A DNA stretch of 64,000 nt from Candidatus Dojkabacteria bacterium (lineage in GTDB: Bacteria > Patescibacteriota > Dojkabacteria > B142 > OLB20): the NCBI GenBank assembly GCA_035444565.1, contig DAOMOX010000001.1:322335-386334 (forward strand), written 5' to 3'. The translations under genes were made by a program, and so were the position numbers. Numbering within the stretch: position 1 is the stretch's first letter; each line of letters begins with the position of its first letter. Of the stretch, positions 51,340 through 61,049 are shown one piece after another. Below the pieces are notes generated by a model that saw only the letters and a list, made by a program, of their open reading frames with translations, was not told the origin of the DNA and did no database searches.

Positions 51340-52578
51340 ATGAGACCAGTATTTATCGGAGCTTCTCCAAATACAGAAAAAGACGATATAAAACTAGCTT
51401 TGAAGTTGCTTTTTCAGCCATGGAACTGGAGAGAAGATAAGGGAAATAGCGTAAATAAGTTCGAAGAGATGGTTAGCAAATATCACGATGGAATAAATGC
51501 TGTTGCAATGGACTCTGCCAGGTCGGCATTTTATCTGTTGTTGAAAGCATATGGAATCGGACCTGGTGACGAAGTGATTCTCCCCTCTTTTTCCTGTTTA
51601 GTTATTGCCAATCCTGTGATTTGGGTAGGCGCAAAACCAGTGTATGTAGACATTGACAAGGAAACATTTAATTTGAGCTTGGATGATTTAAAGAAAAAGT
51701 TGTCGAACAAAACAAAAGTGATTCTTGTTCAACATACTTTCGGTCTTCCAGTAGAACTCGAAAAAGTTCGTGAAATAGTCGGAAGTGATGTGAAAATTGT
51801 CGAGGATATCGCTCATTCTCTGGGTGGAATCTACAAAGGTCAGAAAATTGGCACGATAGGAGATGCCTCGGTAGCTACCTTCGGAATAGAAAAAGTAATT
51901 TCGAGTGTTCGTGGAGGGATGGTGTTAATCAAAGATGACAAAATTGCAGAGAAAATTAGAAGTGAACTCAAAACTGCCCCACATTTTTCATTAGTAAGAA
52001 TAAAAATCGCATTACTAAATCCAATTCTGTGGTGGCTTATCACGCCTGTTTATTATGTCGGAATTGGAAAAGCAACAATTGGTAGGGCTTTTAGTTTTGT
52101 AGCACATAAATTAGGAATTATGGGAATAATGATAGAGAAGTGCGAGTATGATACCCAAAAACCGAGCTGGCTTCCTGCAAGAATGCCATCGGCACTAGCA
52201 AGATTAGGAATGAACCAGTTCAAGAAATTAGACAGGTTTAATAACCATCGTAGGGAAATTGCGAAAATTTACGAAGAGATGTTTGGAGCTTACGAAGTAG
52301 ACCGAAATAGTAAACATAATTATCTTCGCTATCCACTCTTAGTTGAGCCGGAAAATAGGTCAAAAATTTATAGTTCTGCTTCTAAAAAACATTTCGTTTT
52401 AGGAAATTGGTATAAGAACATTTTATATGCGCCCGATACATCTCTGTCAAAATTAGGCTACACAAAAGGAGACACACCGAATGCTGAGTGGGTGGCTGAG
52501 AGAGTTGTTAATTTACCGACCGCGGTGAATGTGTCTACTGACGAGGCGAAGCATCTCGTTAAAATTATAGGTGTTTAA
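51340..52578 (+). CDS. DegT/DnrJ/EryC1/StrS PLP aminotransferase
   Basis: GDEVILP, GAKPVYVD, QHTFG, EDIAH, TFGIEK, NLP. Confidence 0.9.
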   Translation: MRPVFIGASPNTEKDDIKLALKLLFQPWNWREDKGNSVNKFEEMVSKYHDGINAVAMDSARSAFYLLLKAYGIGPGDEVILPSFSCLVIANPVIWVGAKPVYVDIDKETFNLSLDDLKKKLSNKTKVILVQHTFGLPVELEKVREIVGSDVKIVEDIAHSLGGIYKGQKIGTIGDASVATFGIEKVISSVRGGMVLIKDDKIAEKIRSELKTAPHFSLVRIKIALLNPILWWLITPVYYVGIGKATIGRAFSFVAHKLGIMGIMIEKCEYDTQKPSWLPARMPSALARLGMNQFKKLDRFNNHRREIAKIYEEMFGAYEVDRNSKHNYLRYPLLVEPENRSKIYSSASKKHFVLGNWYKNILYAPDTSLSKLGYTKGDTPNAEWVAERVVNLPTAVNVSTDEAKHLVKIIGV

Positions 52579-52588
52579 GACACACGAA

Positions 52589-53491
52589 TTATTTTATAGA
52601 AAGGTTCTTGAAAAACTCATCACACATTGCAACCGCTTTGTCCATATCATTGTCGTACTTACACGATGCATAATAAGCGTGGTCGAATAACATTCCTGTT
52701 CCACAAACATCGATATCTGTTGATTCTGATATGTATGGGTTTACATACTCAGAGCATTTCGTTGTCTCGTAACTATCCGTATAGAGGATTGACTTCGTTT
52801 CAGGACTAACAATTCTATATAAACTTAATCCGTTATTAACAACTGCTGGAATCTCCTCGTAGTAAGTATAAACCCCTTCGCTCTGAACTATTGAAATTTG
52901 AACATTGGTAACATTCGGGGAATCATAGGAATCGAAGGAGAAATTAATGGAGTTCCCTAATCCTGAACTTGTAGTCGAATCCGTACCAAATGCATGAGAG
53001 ACTGGTGCAATTCCTGAAATATTTCCACCAAAAGGTAATTCGTAGTCAAAAACCGGCCATTCGGTACCAAAGAGAGTAAGACTGGATTGTGAAGGTTGTG
53101 TAACTTGCACCTGGTCATCGGGACTATTATCAGCGACAGGATCAGTACAATATTCTTTGTAATATTCTTCATCTTTTCCACTAAAAGGCTCGTTTTTCAT
53201 GATAATTTCATTTAGGTATTCACACCTGTTGCAGATTGTTCCATTTTCTCCGTTATTTTGACAATCTTCACAACCTTGAGTATTGGGAGAATTTAGGCAT
53301 GTCTGATACAAATCAGGAGTATTTGGCCTCGGGACAAAGACAAAAACGATAAATAAAACCACTCCGATTAGGATAGTAACTACTACGAAAACAATTACCA
53401 ATAAAGCTACAACTAGATTGTTGTTATTAGACTTTGCAGATTTGGGCTCATTCTGACTAGGTACTTGGGAAGGATTATTAGGGGTTGTCAT
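52589..53491 (-). CDS. Single-pass membrane protein with Cys-rich ectodomain
   Basis: TM then YQTCLNSPNTQGCEDC...CNRCEYL...CTD. Confidence 0.7.
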   Translation of the reverse strand: MTTPNNPSQVPSQNEPKSAKSNNNNLVVALLVIVFVVVTILIGVVLFIVFVFVPRPNTPDLYQTCLNSPNTQGCEDCQNNGENGTICNRCEYLNEIIMKNEPFSGKDEEYYKEYCTDPVADNSPDDQVQVTQPSQSSLTLFGTEWPVFDYELPFGGNISGIAPVSHAFGTDSTTSSGLGNSINFSFDSYDSPNVTNVQISIVQSEGVYTYYEEIPAVVNNGLSLYRIVSPETKSILYTDSYETTKCSEYVNPYISESTDIDVCGTGMLFDHAYYASCKYDNDMDKAVAMCDEFFKNLSIK

Positions 53492-53604
53492 TTATTAAGA
53501 ATAATATGTTAAATAATACTCTATTTATTCAGGGATTTATATAAGAATTTTCTCATTTTAGATTGCTATAACAGACAATGTAGGACTATTTTTACCAAAC
53601 TCTA

Positions 53605-54114
53605 TTAGAATGGCTTACTATCTGTTGAAAAAGGATCTATGGGTAACTCTGTATTAGAGTCTGTGCACTTCTCAATAAGAAACGAGTAATCCATATTATT
53701 CATATCCCCGGAAGAATAGTATTTTGAATACAAATCTTCACATTTCTGACACATTTCCATATCAACAGGTATTGGAGAAGGATGCGATTTCATATTAAGT
53801 GAAAACGTATCGACATAATTTTCAACACAGGATTGTCCATGATTCCATATGTACCCATAATTTTGTCCAATACATGATAGACAACCAAGACTGTGTGGAG
53901 CAGAGAGACAGACTTGATATATACCCGGTGATACACGAGTTGTATGGCATGGATCAAACAACCAGTAAAGGAACAGAATAATACAGATGAAAGGGAGACC
54001 TAAAAACATAAAAACTAGTATGATTCGATTTCTGGATAATTTTTTCATTCTAGAGTAATGATATTTTTTAATATCACTCCAGTTTGTCGGAGATTTGTAG
54101 TTAAATCTTCTCAA
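53605..54114 (-). CDS. Single-pass membrane protein with related Cys-rich ectodomain
   Basis: TM then YQVCLSAPHSLGCLSC...CQKCEDL...CTD. Confidence 0.65.
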   Translation of the reverse strand: MRRFNYKSPTNWSDIKKYHYSRMKKLSRNRIILVFMFLGLPFICIILFLYWLFDPCHTTRVSPGIYQVCLSAPHSLGCLSCIGQNYGYIWNHGQSCVENYVDTFSLNMKSHPSPIPVDMEMCQKCEDLYSKYYSSGDMNNMDYSFLIEKCTDSNTELPIDPFSTDSKPF

Positions 54115-56239
54115 GCCTCACATATTCCAATGCCAATTCTTTCAACCCAGCGGAAAACCTAATCAACACAACGAAGTTATCAATATCAACCACCTCCCCT
54201 ACTCCGAAAATCTCGTGTTTTACAAGATCGCCTTTGCTTATGTCAGTAGTTGGTTTAAATTCATCAACTTCGTCTACATCAGACCAGCCAGAAAAAGCGT
54301 CTTTTTTCTTTTCGGCGAAGGTATTACAATATATGAGCAATTGTTCAGGTATGTCGTCTATGAACCTCGAAACAGGATTGGAGTTTCTCGATCCGAAATA
54401 CATTCTGGATTCTGCATGTGAGACGTATACTTGTTTCTTAGCTCTCGTGACGGCAACATAAGCTAGTCTCCTCTCTTCTGCAAGTTCTTGAGGATCATAT
54501 TTCGAATTCGCATGTGGGAAAAGGTTTTCTTCCATCCCGGCGATAAATACATGTTCAAATTCCAGTCCTTTGGCAGCGTGCACTGTCATAAGCGTGATGT
54601 GTTCTTCTTCGTCTTTTGTTGCCTCGTAGCTACTTTCAATGAGCGCAATTTCTTCCAAAAACTTTTCTAGACCAGTCATATAGTCAAGCTGGTCGAACTT
54701 CTTTGCAAGTGATTTCAACTCTTGGATATTTTCTAATCTCGTTTCACCCTCGGATGTTTGTTGAAGTTCCGCTTTGTAGCCTGTGAACTCGATAACATCT
54801 TCAATCAGTTCTGACACGGGTTGTTTACTACTCAAATCTATCAATTTTGCGACAATTCTCGCAAAATCTTGAAGAGATTTCGGAAGTTCGTCAGGAGAAG
54901 TCTTTTGAGTGTCTAGTAAGTATTTTAATAAACTTTTACGTTGTTCATTTGCAAGTAATGTGAATTTTTCGATTGTTTTAGCACCTACTCCACGTTTCGG
55001 AACGTTAATAATTCTTTGTAGTCCAACTGTGTCATCGGGATTAAACAAAATCCTCAAATAGCCAAGTACGTCTTTAACTTCAGCACGGTTGTAGAACCTA
55101 ACGCCTCCCACGATTCTGTAGTTCACATTGGCTGTCAGAAGAGCTTCTTCGAGATTCCTAGACATCGCATTAGTCCTATACAATACTGCGATTTCGCTTG
55201 GACTTACATTGTTCAGAATTAATTGACGTACTTCTTGGCTTATCCATTCTGCTTCGTCTTTTTCGTCCATCGCTTCATAAATCATAATTCCTTCTCCGTC
55301 TGAGTTCTCTGTCCAAAGTACTTTTTTCTTCTGTTCTGGATTTTTGCTAATAATCTGGTTCGAAGCTTCTAGGATTTTCTTGGTTGATCTGTAATTTTGC
55401 TCAAGTTTTATAATTTTCGCCTTTGGGTAATCTTTCTCAAAACTAAGAATATTAGTGATATTTGCACCTCTGAAGCTATAAATTGATTGTGCGTCATCCC
55501 CTACTACGCATATGTTTTGGTTTTTATCTGCTAACAGCTTGGAAAAAACATATTGCGCATTATTTGTGTCTTGATACTCGTCAATAAGTATAAATTTGAA
55601 TATATTCTGATATTTTTCTAAGATTTTGGGATTTTTCTGAAAAAGCTCAACAGTCTTCATTATCAAGTCGTCAAAGTCAAGTGCAGAGTTCTCACCAAGC
55701 ATGTCTTGGTAGATTGGATAAACTTCAGCAACAATTTGCTCAAAATATCCTCTTGCCATTGATTTATATGCTTCTGGGGTGATAAGTTCTGACTTTGCTG
55801 AGGAAATCATTGATAATACAGCGTTCGGATTAGTTTTTTTATCGTTAAGGTTTAATTTCTTCAATACTTTCCTTACTACATCTTTCTGATCAGTCGTATC
55901 GTAAATACTGAAATACCTGCTAATCCCAATCTCCTGACCATCTCTTTTTAATATCTGGACACAGATTGCATGGAAAGTACCTACCCAAGGAAGGAATACC
56001 TTCTCAGAACCTGGTTTGAGCTTCAAAAGCTGAACTATTCGTTCTTTCATCTCGTTGGAAGCTTTATTTGTGAAGGTCACAGCTAAAATATTGTCAGAGG
56101 TTGCGTGATGGTGTTCAATCAAGTATGCAATCCTTTGGGTAAGTGTACGCGTCTTCCCACTACCCGCTCCTGCGAGTATCAATATCGGTCCATTTACCGT
56201 TTCCACGGCGATTTTTTGTTGTTTGTTAAGGGAGTTCAT
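54101..56239 (-). CDS. pcrA: ATP-dependent helicase PcrA/UvrD
   Basis: AGAGSGKT, DEYQD, GDDAQSIY.FRGA, TVHAAKGLEF, EERRL.YVA.TRA. Confidence 0.96.
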   Translation of the reverse strand: MNSLNKQQKIAVETVNGPILILAGAGSGKTRTLTQRIAYLIEHHHATSDNILAVTFTNKASNEMKERIVQLLKLKPGSEKVFLPWVGTFHAICVQILKRDGQEIGISRYFSIYDTTDQKDVVRKVLKKLNLNDKKTNPNAVLSMISSAKSELITPEAYKSMARGYFEQIVAEVYPIYQDMLGENSALDFDDLIMKTVELFQKNPKILEKYQNIFKFILIDEYQDTNNAQYVFSKLLADKNQNICVVGDDAQSIYSFRGANITNILSFEKDYPKAKIIKLEQNYRSTKKILEASNQIISKNPEQKKKVLWTENSDGEGIMIYEAMDEKDEAEWISQEVRQLILNNVSPSEIAVLYRTNAMSRNLEEALLTANVNYRIVGGVRFYNRAEVKDVLGYLRILFNPDDTVGLQRIINVPKRGVGAKTIEKFTLLANEQRKSLLKYLLDTQKTSPDELPKSLQDFARIVAKLIDLSSKQPVSELIEDVIEFTGYKAELQQTSEGETRLENIQELKSLAKKFDQLDYMTGLEKFLEEIALIESSYEATKDEEEHITLMTVHAAKGLEFEHVFIAGMEENLFPHANSKYDPQELAEERRLAYVAVTRAKKQVYVSHAESRMYFGSRNSNPVSRFIDDIPEQLLIYCNTFAEKKKDAFSGWSDVDEVDEFKPTTDISKGDLVKHEIFGVGEVVDIDNFVVLIRFSAGLKELALEYVRLEKI

Positions 56240-56339
56240 AGGTATCTATTGTACTGGATAAATTCTTGTTGAGGAAATAGATTTTGACAAATTTATTCGA
56301 TTACTTGTAGAATCGGGCACATTTATTATTCTATTTCCA

Positions 56340-56714
56340 ATGTCGGAATTGTCAACAAGCATAGATGAATATCAAGAAATTGGTGAGGGGTTATTCACGA
56401 AAGTAGTGATTGATCAAACCTCAGGTGAGCACACTAGATATTTGTTAGAGGAAAAAGGAGAGATGCGCGGCCTTTTAACAAGGGCGACATATAACCCCAA
56501 TTCTGGAGACCTTTATTTCGTAACATTTACTGATTTTGGTTCAAGGAGAACGATGAGGAGAGGGGAGGACATAACTGATGTTTTACTAATTCCTGAAGAG
56601 GAAAACGGTTATGCAGTAAAAGAACAAGAACCTCCTACGGAATTTAGGCTGAATTCTATCATTAAATTTGTCCTTAATGGTGAGATTCTTCCATCTCTTA
56701 TCAAGGGAGAATAA
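56340..56714 (+). CDS. Hypothetical protein
   Basis: ORF with upstream TTGACA...TAGAAT; no motif recognised. Confidence 0.55.
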   Translation: MSELSTSIDEYQEIGEGLFTKVVIDQTSGEHTRYLLEEKGEMRGLLTRATYNPNSGDLYFVTFTDFGSRRTMRRGEDITDVLLIPEEENGYAVKEQEPPTEFRLNSIIKFVLNGEILPSLIKGE

Positions 56715-56869
56715 TAGAGATTCCCTCATCAATAGAGCAACAAATTAATTATGTCAGATTATATCATCTGGTGTAGAAACGTTTATTACTGTTTCAAATA
56801 ACCGAAAGTTTTCTTGACACAATTTTTAGAATATGTGATAAACTATATACTGATTATATCGTAACAATA

Positions 56870-57313
56870 ATGAAAGATTTTGAACCAATTCGAACAAATA
56901 TTAATAAAAGAATATTAGCATTGCTTCTCGTTACTAAGCTTGCGTTGGCATTGGCTGCTTGTGGGGGTGGTGACTCTGTTTCTGCCAATAATCTACCATT
57001 AAGAGTTCCTGAACCCACTGACAAAGTAGAGGTACCAGGTCCTTTTTGTGGTCTTTGGTTAAATGGAGTTCAAACAATTCCTGGTACGGGTACTACGGTT
57101 GAGAGACAGGTTCTATCATCTAGCACACGAGGAGATTTAAATACACCTGAACAATTAACTTATGACGGGCAAGAGATTGAAACTCCTGAATGCGGAACCG
57201 TAACATTCACAGGTGATACAACTTATATGAAAAATGGTTATTTAACTGAAGGTGGTGCAGGATTCGTTCTACCACCCAAGGACCTTACTCAAGGGGATAC
57301 TGTTCAGAACTAA
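56870..57313 (+). CDS. Putative lipoprotein
   Basis: Lipobox LAAC-GGG after a hydrophobic stretch; TTGACA upstream. Confidence 0.55.
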   Translation: MKDFEPIRTNINKRILALLLVTKLALALAACGGGDSVSANNLPLRVPEPTDKVEVPGPFCGLWLNGVQTIPGTGTTVERQVLSSSTRGDLNTPEQLTYDGQEIETPECGTVTFTGDTTYMKNGYLTEGGAGFVLPPKDLTQGDTVQN

Positions 57314-57326
57314 GTATATCCCAGTT

Positions 57327-59027
57327 CTACAACCCCCCCAATTCCTGACTCAACTCCTGCAATTTATCCAGCGCAGAATCGTCGTCAGAATTGCGAAGAG
57401 CATTAAGTTGTTTTTTGATAAATAGCTTCCTCAATCTATTCACACTGGTCTCAAGCTCTTTCTCAAATTCCTCTTTGTGGCCAAATACTTCAATATCGCT
57501 CATTTTGACATTAACAATTAAATCCTCAAATTCTGATGGAATTGTTTTGTCGTTTAAGATGAGGTTGAATAGGGTAGTGTTATCTCCATTTTGAAATAGT
57601 TTCACGGGGTCGAGGGCTTTCGCTAAGTCCTTCCATTGAACATGTTGCACCAATAGTGCCAATAGGTACGTCTCTTCATCCAACTTAAAAACTCGCTTGA
57701 TTAGAGTAGGTTTGTTCTCTTGAATATTAAAATTCTGACCTGCGGGAAGTTTCTTCAATTGTTCAAGCAAAGTATCTCTGTCAACATTTGATTTTTTGGA
57801 AAGTTTTTCAATGTAGTCGGATATCTCAATGTCGTTTTCAATTTTGGTGACGTATGTCAATATTTGTTTTACAAACTCTGATTTTTGTCGGCTATCTTCA
57901 AGATTGTAGTTTTTTGAAAGTGTTTTGATTAAAAAATCTATCACTGGTTTTGCTTTTGAAACGATTTTTTGCCAATCTCCACCACTAGTTATCATTTCGT
58001 CGACATCTTGATATTCGCCAATGTCTATCGCTAGTGTTTGAAGTCCAACTTTTTCCGCAAGTTCGAGAGATCTCAGAAGCGCTCTTTGACCAGCACTGTC
58101 TGTATCAAAAGATAGATAGATTTTCGTACAATAACGCTTTAATAGTTTTAGCTGATCTTCGGTGAGAGCGGTTCCTAGAGGTGCAACTATGTTTTTCACA
58201 CCTGCCTGATAAGACGAGATAATATCAATATTTCCCTCAACGATTATTGCGAAATCCTCTTTTCTCACAGTCTCTTTTGCTTGATACAATCCGTATAGAA
58301 GCTTACTTTTGTTGTAAACGGGAGTTTCGGGCGAATTTAGGTATTTGGGTCCTTTCTCGTCCTTATCAATCGCTCTGCCACTAAACCCGACAATTTCACC
58401 CTGATGATCCATAATCGGGAACATCAGACGATTCCTAAATTTGTCATAAATTCGGTTGTTTTTCTCAACCAATAATCCCCAATCAACAAGATCTCTAAGC
58501 TCAAAACCTCTCTTCAAAAGGAAATTCTTAAGATTTTCAAAACCAACGGGAGCGAAACCAAGTTTGTAGGTTTCGATAGAGTGAGCTGTGAGTTTCCTCT
58601 TTTTAGCATATTCGCGAGCAATTTCGCCGTTCTTGTGTTTGGTCAGAAGATAATTGAAATATTGGGCTGTTAATGTGTTTGCCTCAAGGATTTTTTGTTT
58701 TTTAGCGCGTTCTTTAGCTAATTTAGGGTTGGTATTTTTGACAAGTGTGATACCCACTCTTTTGGCAGCATTTTCCAATGCGTGTGAAAAGTCTAGTCCT
58801 TCAATCTTTTCAAGAAATTTAATCGCATCACCACCTTCGCCACAACCAAAGCACTTAAACATACCAAGCTCAGAATTTACCGAGAAAGATGGTGATTTCT
58901 CTTGATGGAATGGGCATAGTCCAAAATAGTTTCGACCGGATTTCTTGAGCGAGGGGACATATTCCTGGACAACTGAAACTATGTCCAGTCTTTCTTTTAT
59001 TTCTTCAATTTGGCTTCGATCTGACAT
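57327..59027 (-). CDS. dnaG: DNA primase
   Basis: CPFHQEKSPSF..CFGC, KYLNSPET, EGNID, FDTDSAG. Confidence 0.97.
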   Translation of the reverse strand: MSDRSQIEEIKERLDIVSVVQEYVPSLKKSGRNYFGLCPFHQEKSPSFSVNSELGMFKCFGCGEGGDAIKFLEKIEGLDFSHALENAAKRVGITLVKNTNPKLAKERAKKQKILEANTLTAQYFNYLLTKHKNGEIAREYAKKRKLTAHSIETYKLGFAPVGFENLKNFLLKRGFELRDLVDWGLLVEKNNRIYDKFRNRLMFPIMDHQGEIVGFSGRAIDKDEKGPKYLNSPETPVYNKSKLLYGLYQAKETVRKEDFAIIVEGNIDIISSYQAGVKNIVAPLGTALTEDQLKLLKRYCTKIYLSFDTDSAGQRALLRSLELAEKVGLQTLAIDIGEYQDVDEMITSGGDWQKIVSKAKPVIDFLIKTLSKNYNLEDSRQKSEFVKQILTYVTKIENDIEISDYIEKLSKKSNVDRDTLLEQLKKLPAGQNFNIQENKPTLIKRVFKLDEETYLLALLVQHVQWKDLAKALDPVKLFQNGDNTTLFNLILNDKTIPSEFEDLIVNVKMSDIEVFGHKEEFEKELETSVNRLRKLFIKKQLNALRNSDDDSALDKLQELSQELGGL

Positions 59028-59130
59028 TATTCAGGCTTTAATATGCTAATTTTAGCACGTGCACAAAATGTTGGGATTAAACACAGCGAGAAATAGAATA
59101 TAAATTGATAATCAGCTATAATCTGGAGTT

Positions 59131-61041
59131 ATGGATAAAGATAATCAATCAAAAAAAGTGGCGTTCTACAAAGATTCCACACATAAATTACTTGAACCAA
59201 ATGCTTGGGATAAATCAAAGGTCGTAGAGACAGAAATCTCTCGTATTTTGTCGGATACGTTGAACAACTGGAATAATGAAATCTCAGATTCTGAAATCCA
59301 ATTATCAATCCCAACAGAGCGGACCCATGGTGACTTTATGACCAACGTGGCTTTTCAATTAGCAGGGAAATTACATAGAAATCCGAAAGAAATCGCAGGT
59401 GAGATTATTGCAGAACTAGAAAAATCTACCGAACTGAAAGAATTCGTTGAGAAGATTGAACAAGCTGGTGCAGGGTTTATTAATTTCAGAGTAAGAAAAT
59501 CAGTATTAATCGAACTTGTTAAAAATACTGTGAGTGATATTAATGGGCAACTTGGAGTTCTTAAAGGGAAGAGAATCATGTTCGAGTACGGTCATCCTAA
59601 TCCTTTCAAAATGATTCATATTGGCCATTTACGGAATTTTGTACTTGGAGAATCTTTGATTAGAACGCTTGAATATTTGGGGGCAGACGTAATTAGAACG
59701 AATTATCAAGGTGATGTGGGAATGCATGTTGCAAAATCTGTGTGGGGAATGAAAGAAAAATTAAAAAACGAAGGATTAAAAATTGAAGAAGTTTCGGAGT
59801 GGAGTTTGGATAAGCGAGTGAAATTCATAGGAGAGGCATATGTCCTGGGAGCGTCTGCATACGAAAATGACGAAGTTAAAAAAACCGAAATCCAGCAAAT
59901 CAACACTGCAGTTTATACGGTTGTTCAAGGAAATCTAATCAAGAAGACGGGTTGGGAACCTACGAAGAAATATTCCGATTTCCTCACTTCCGAAATCAAT
60001 CTCGATGAAATAAGAAATCTTTGGGAGCTTGGGAAAAAGTGGAGTTTAGACGAATTTCATAGAATATACGATATGTTGTATTCGAGCTTTGATCGTGAGT
60101 ATATGGAATCCGAGACTTTGTACGAAAGTGACATAGCTGTCAAAGAAGCTCTAGAAAAAGGCGTTTTGGAGGAAAGTGAAGGTGCTGTGGTATTCAAGGG
60201 GGAGAAGTACGGACTCGATACTCGAGTGTTTATTAACTCTTTGGGATTGCCCACATATGAAGGTAAAGAGCTCGGATTGGCAAATCTGGAATTTACAGAT
60301 TTTGGAGAGATTGATTTATGTATTCACAACGTTGCGATTGAACAAATTAGCTTCTTTAAGGTCACGTTTAAAACCGAATCATTATTAAATCCAGAAAAAT
60401 TTGCTGGGAAACAGTACCATAATGCATATGAATTCGTAGGACTGAAAAGCGGAAAAATGTCATCACGGAAGGGTAGTGTGGTTCTTGCGAAAGATATTAT
60501 CAACGAAGCGAAAGGAATGCTGAAACCTTACTTGGAAAATCGTGATATGTCAGAAAGTGAGAAGGAAGACACATTACAAAAGATAGCGGTGGGTGCTATT
60601 AAATATTCGTTCTTAAGCATAAGTGCCTTTAAATATCTAGCATTTGATTTGGAGACAAGTGTCAATATGGAAGGGAATTCTGGTCCTTATGTTATGTATA
60701 CATTCGCCCGAGCAAATAAAATCGTTAGAGATGCGAGAAGTCACTTTGAAGAAGGTGATTTATCTTTGTTGACGAATCCAGAGGAAGTCGATTTGATGAG
60801 AGTATTGGCAACTTTCCAGACACAGGTAATCGAAACAGCTAAAAACCTATCCCCGAACACGCTATGTAATTATGTTTATGACTTGGCACAAACTTTCAAT
60901 GTGTTCTACAAAAAATATCCAATTCTTACGGAGAAAGACGAAAACATTAGGGATGCAAGGATTAATCTTACAGAAAGTACAGCGAAAGTTCTTCGAAAAA
61001 GCTTAGAATTATTAGGTATCAAGACGGTAGAGAAGATGTAA
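59131..61041 (+). CDS. argS: Arginine--tRNA ligase
   Basis: HGDF..N.A, GFINF, PNPFK.IHIGH, KMSSRKG, GNSGPY. Confidence 0.96.
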   Translation: MDKDNQSKKVAFYKDSTHKLLEPNAWDKSKVVETEISRILSDTLNNWNNEISDSEIQLSIPTERTHGDFMTNVAFQLAGKLHRNPKEIAGEIIAELEKSTELKEFVEKIEQAGAGFINFRVRKSVLIELVKNTVSDINGQLGVLKGKRIMFEYGHPNPFKMIHIGHLRNFVLGESLIRTLEYLGADVIRTNYQGDVGMHVAKSVWGMKEKLKNEGLKIEEVSEWSLDKRVKFIGEAYVLGASAYENDEVKKTEIQQINTAVYTVVQGNLIKKTGWEPTKKYSDFLTSEINLDEIRNLWELGKKWSLDEFHRIYDMLYSSFDREYMESETLYESDIAVKEALEKGVLEESEGAVVFKGEKYGLDTRVFINSLGLPTYEGKELGLANLEFTDFGEIDLCIHNVAIEQISFFKVTFKTESLLNPEKFAGKQYHNAYEFVGLKSGKMSSRKGSVVLAKDIINEAKGMLKPYLENRDMSESEKEDTLQKIAVGAIKYSFLSISAFKYLAFDLETSVNMEGNSGPYVMYTFARANKIVRDARSHFEEGDLSLLTNPEEVDLMRVLATFQTQVIETAKNLSPNTLCNYVYDLAQTFNVFYKKYPILTEKDENIRDARINLTESTAKVLRKSLELLGIKTVEKM

Positions 61042-61049
61042 GGGGCGCA

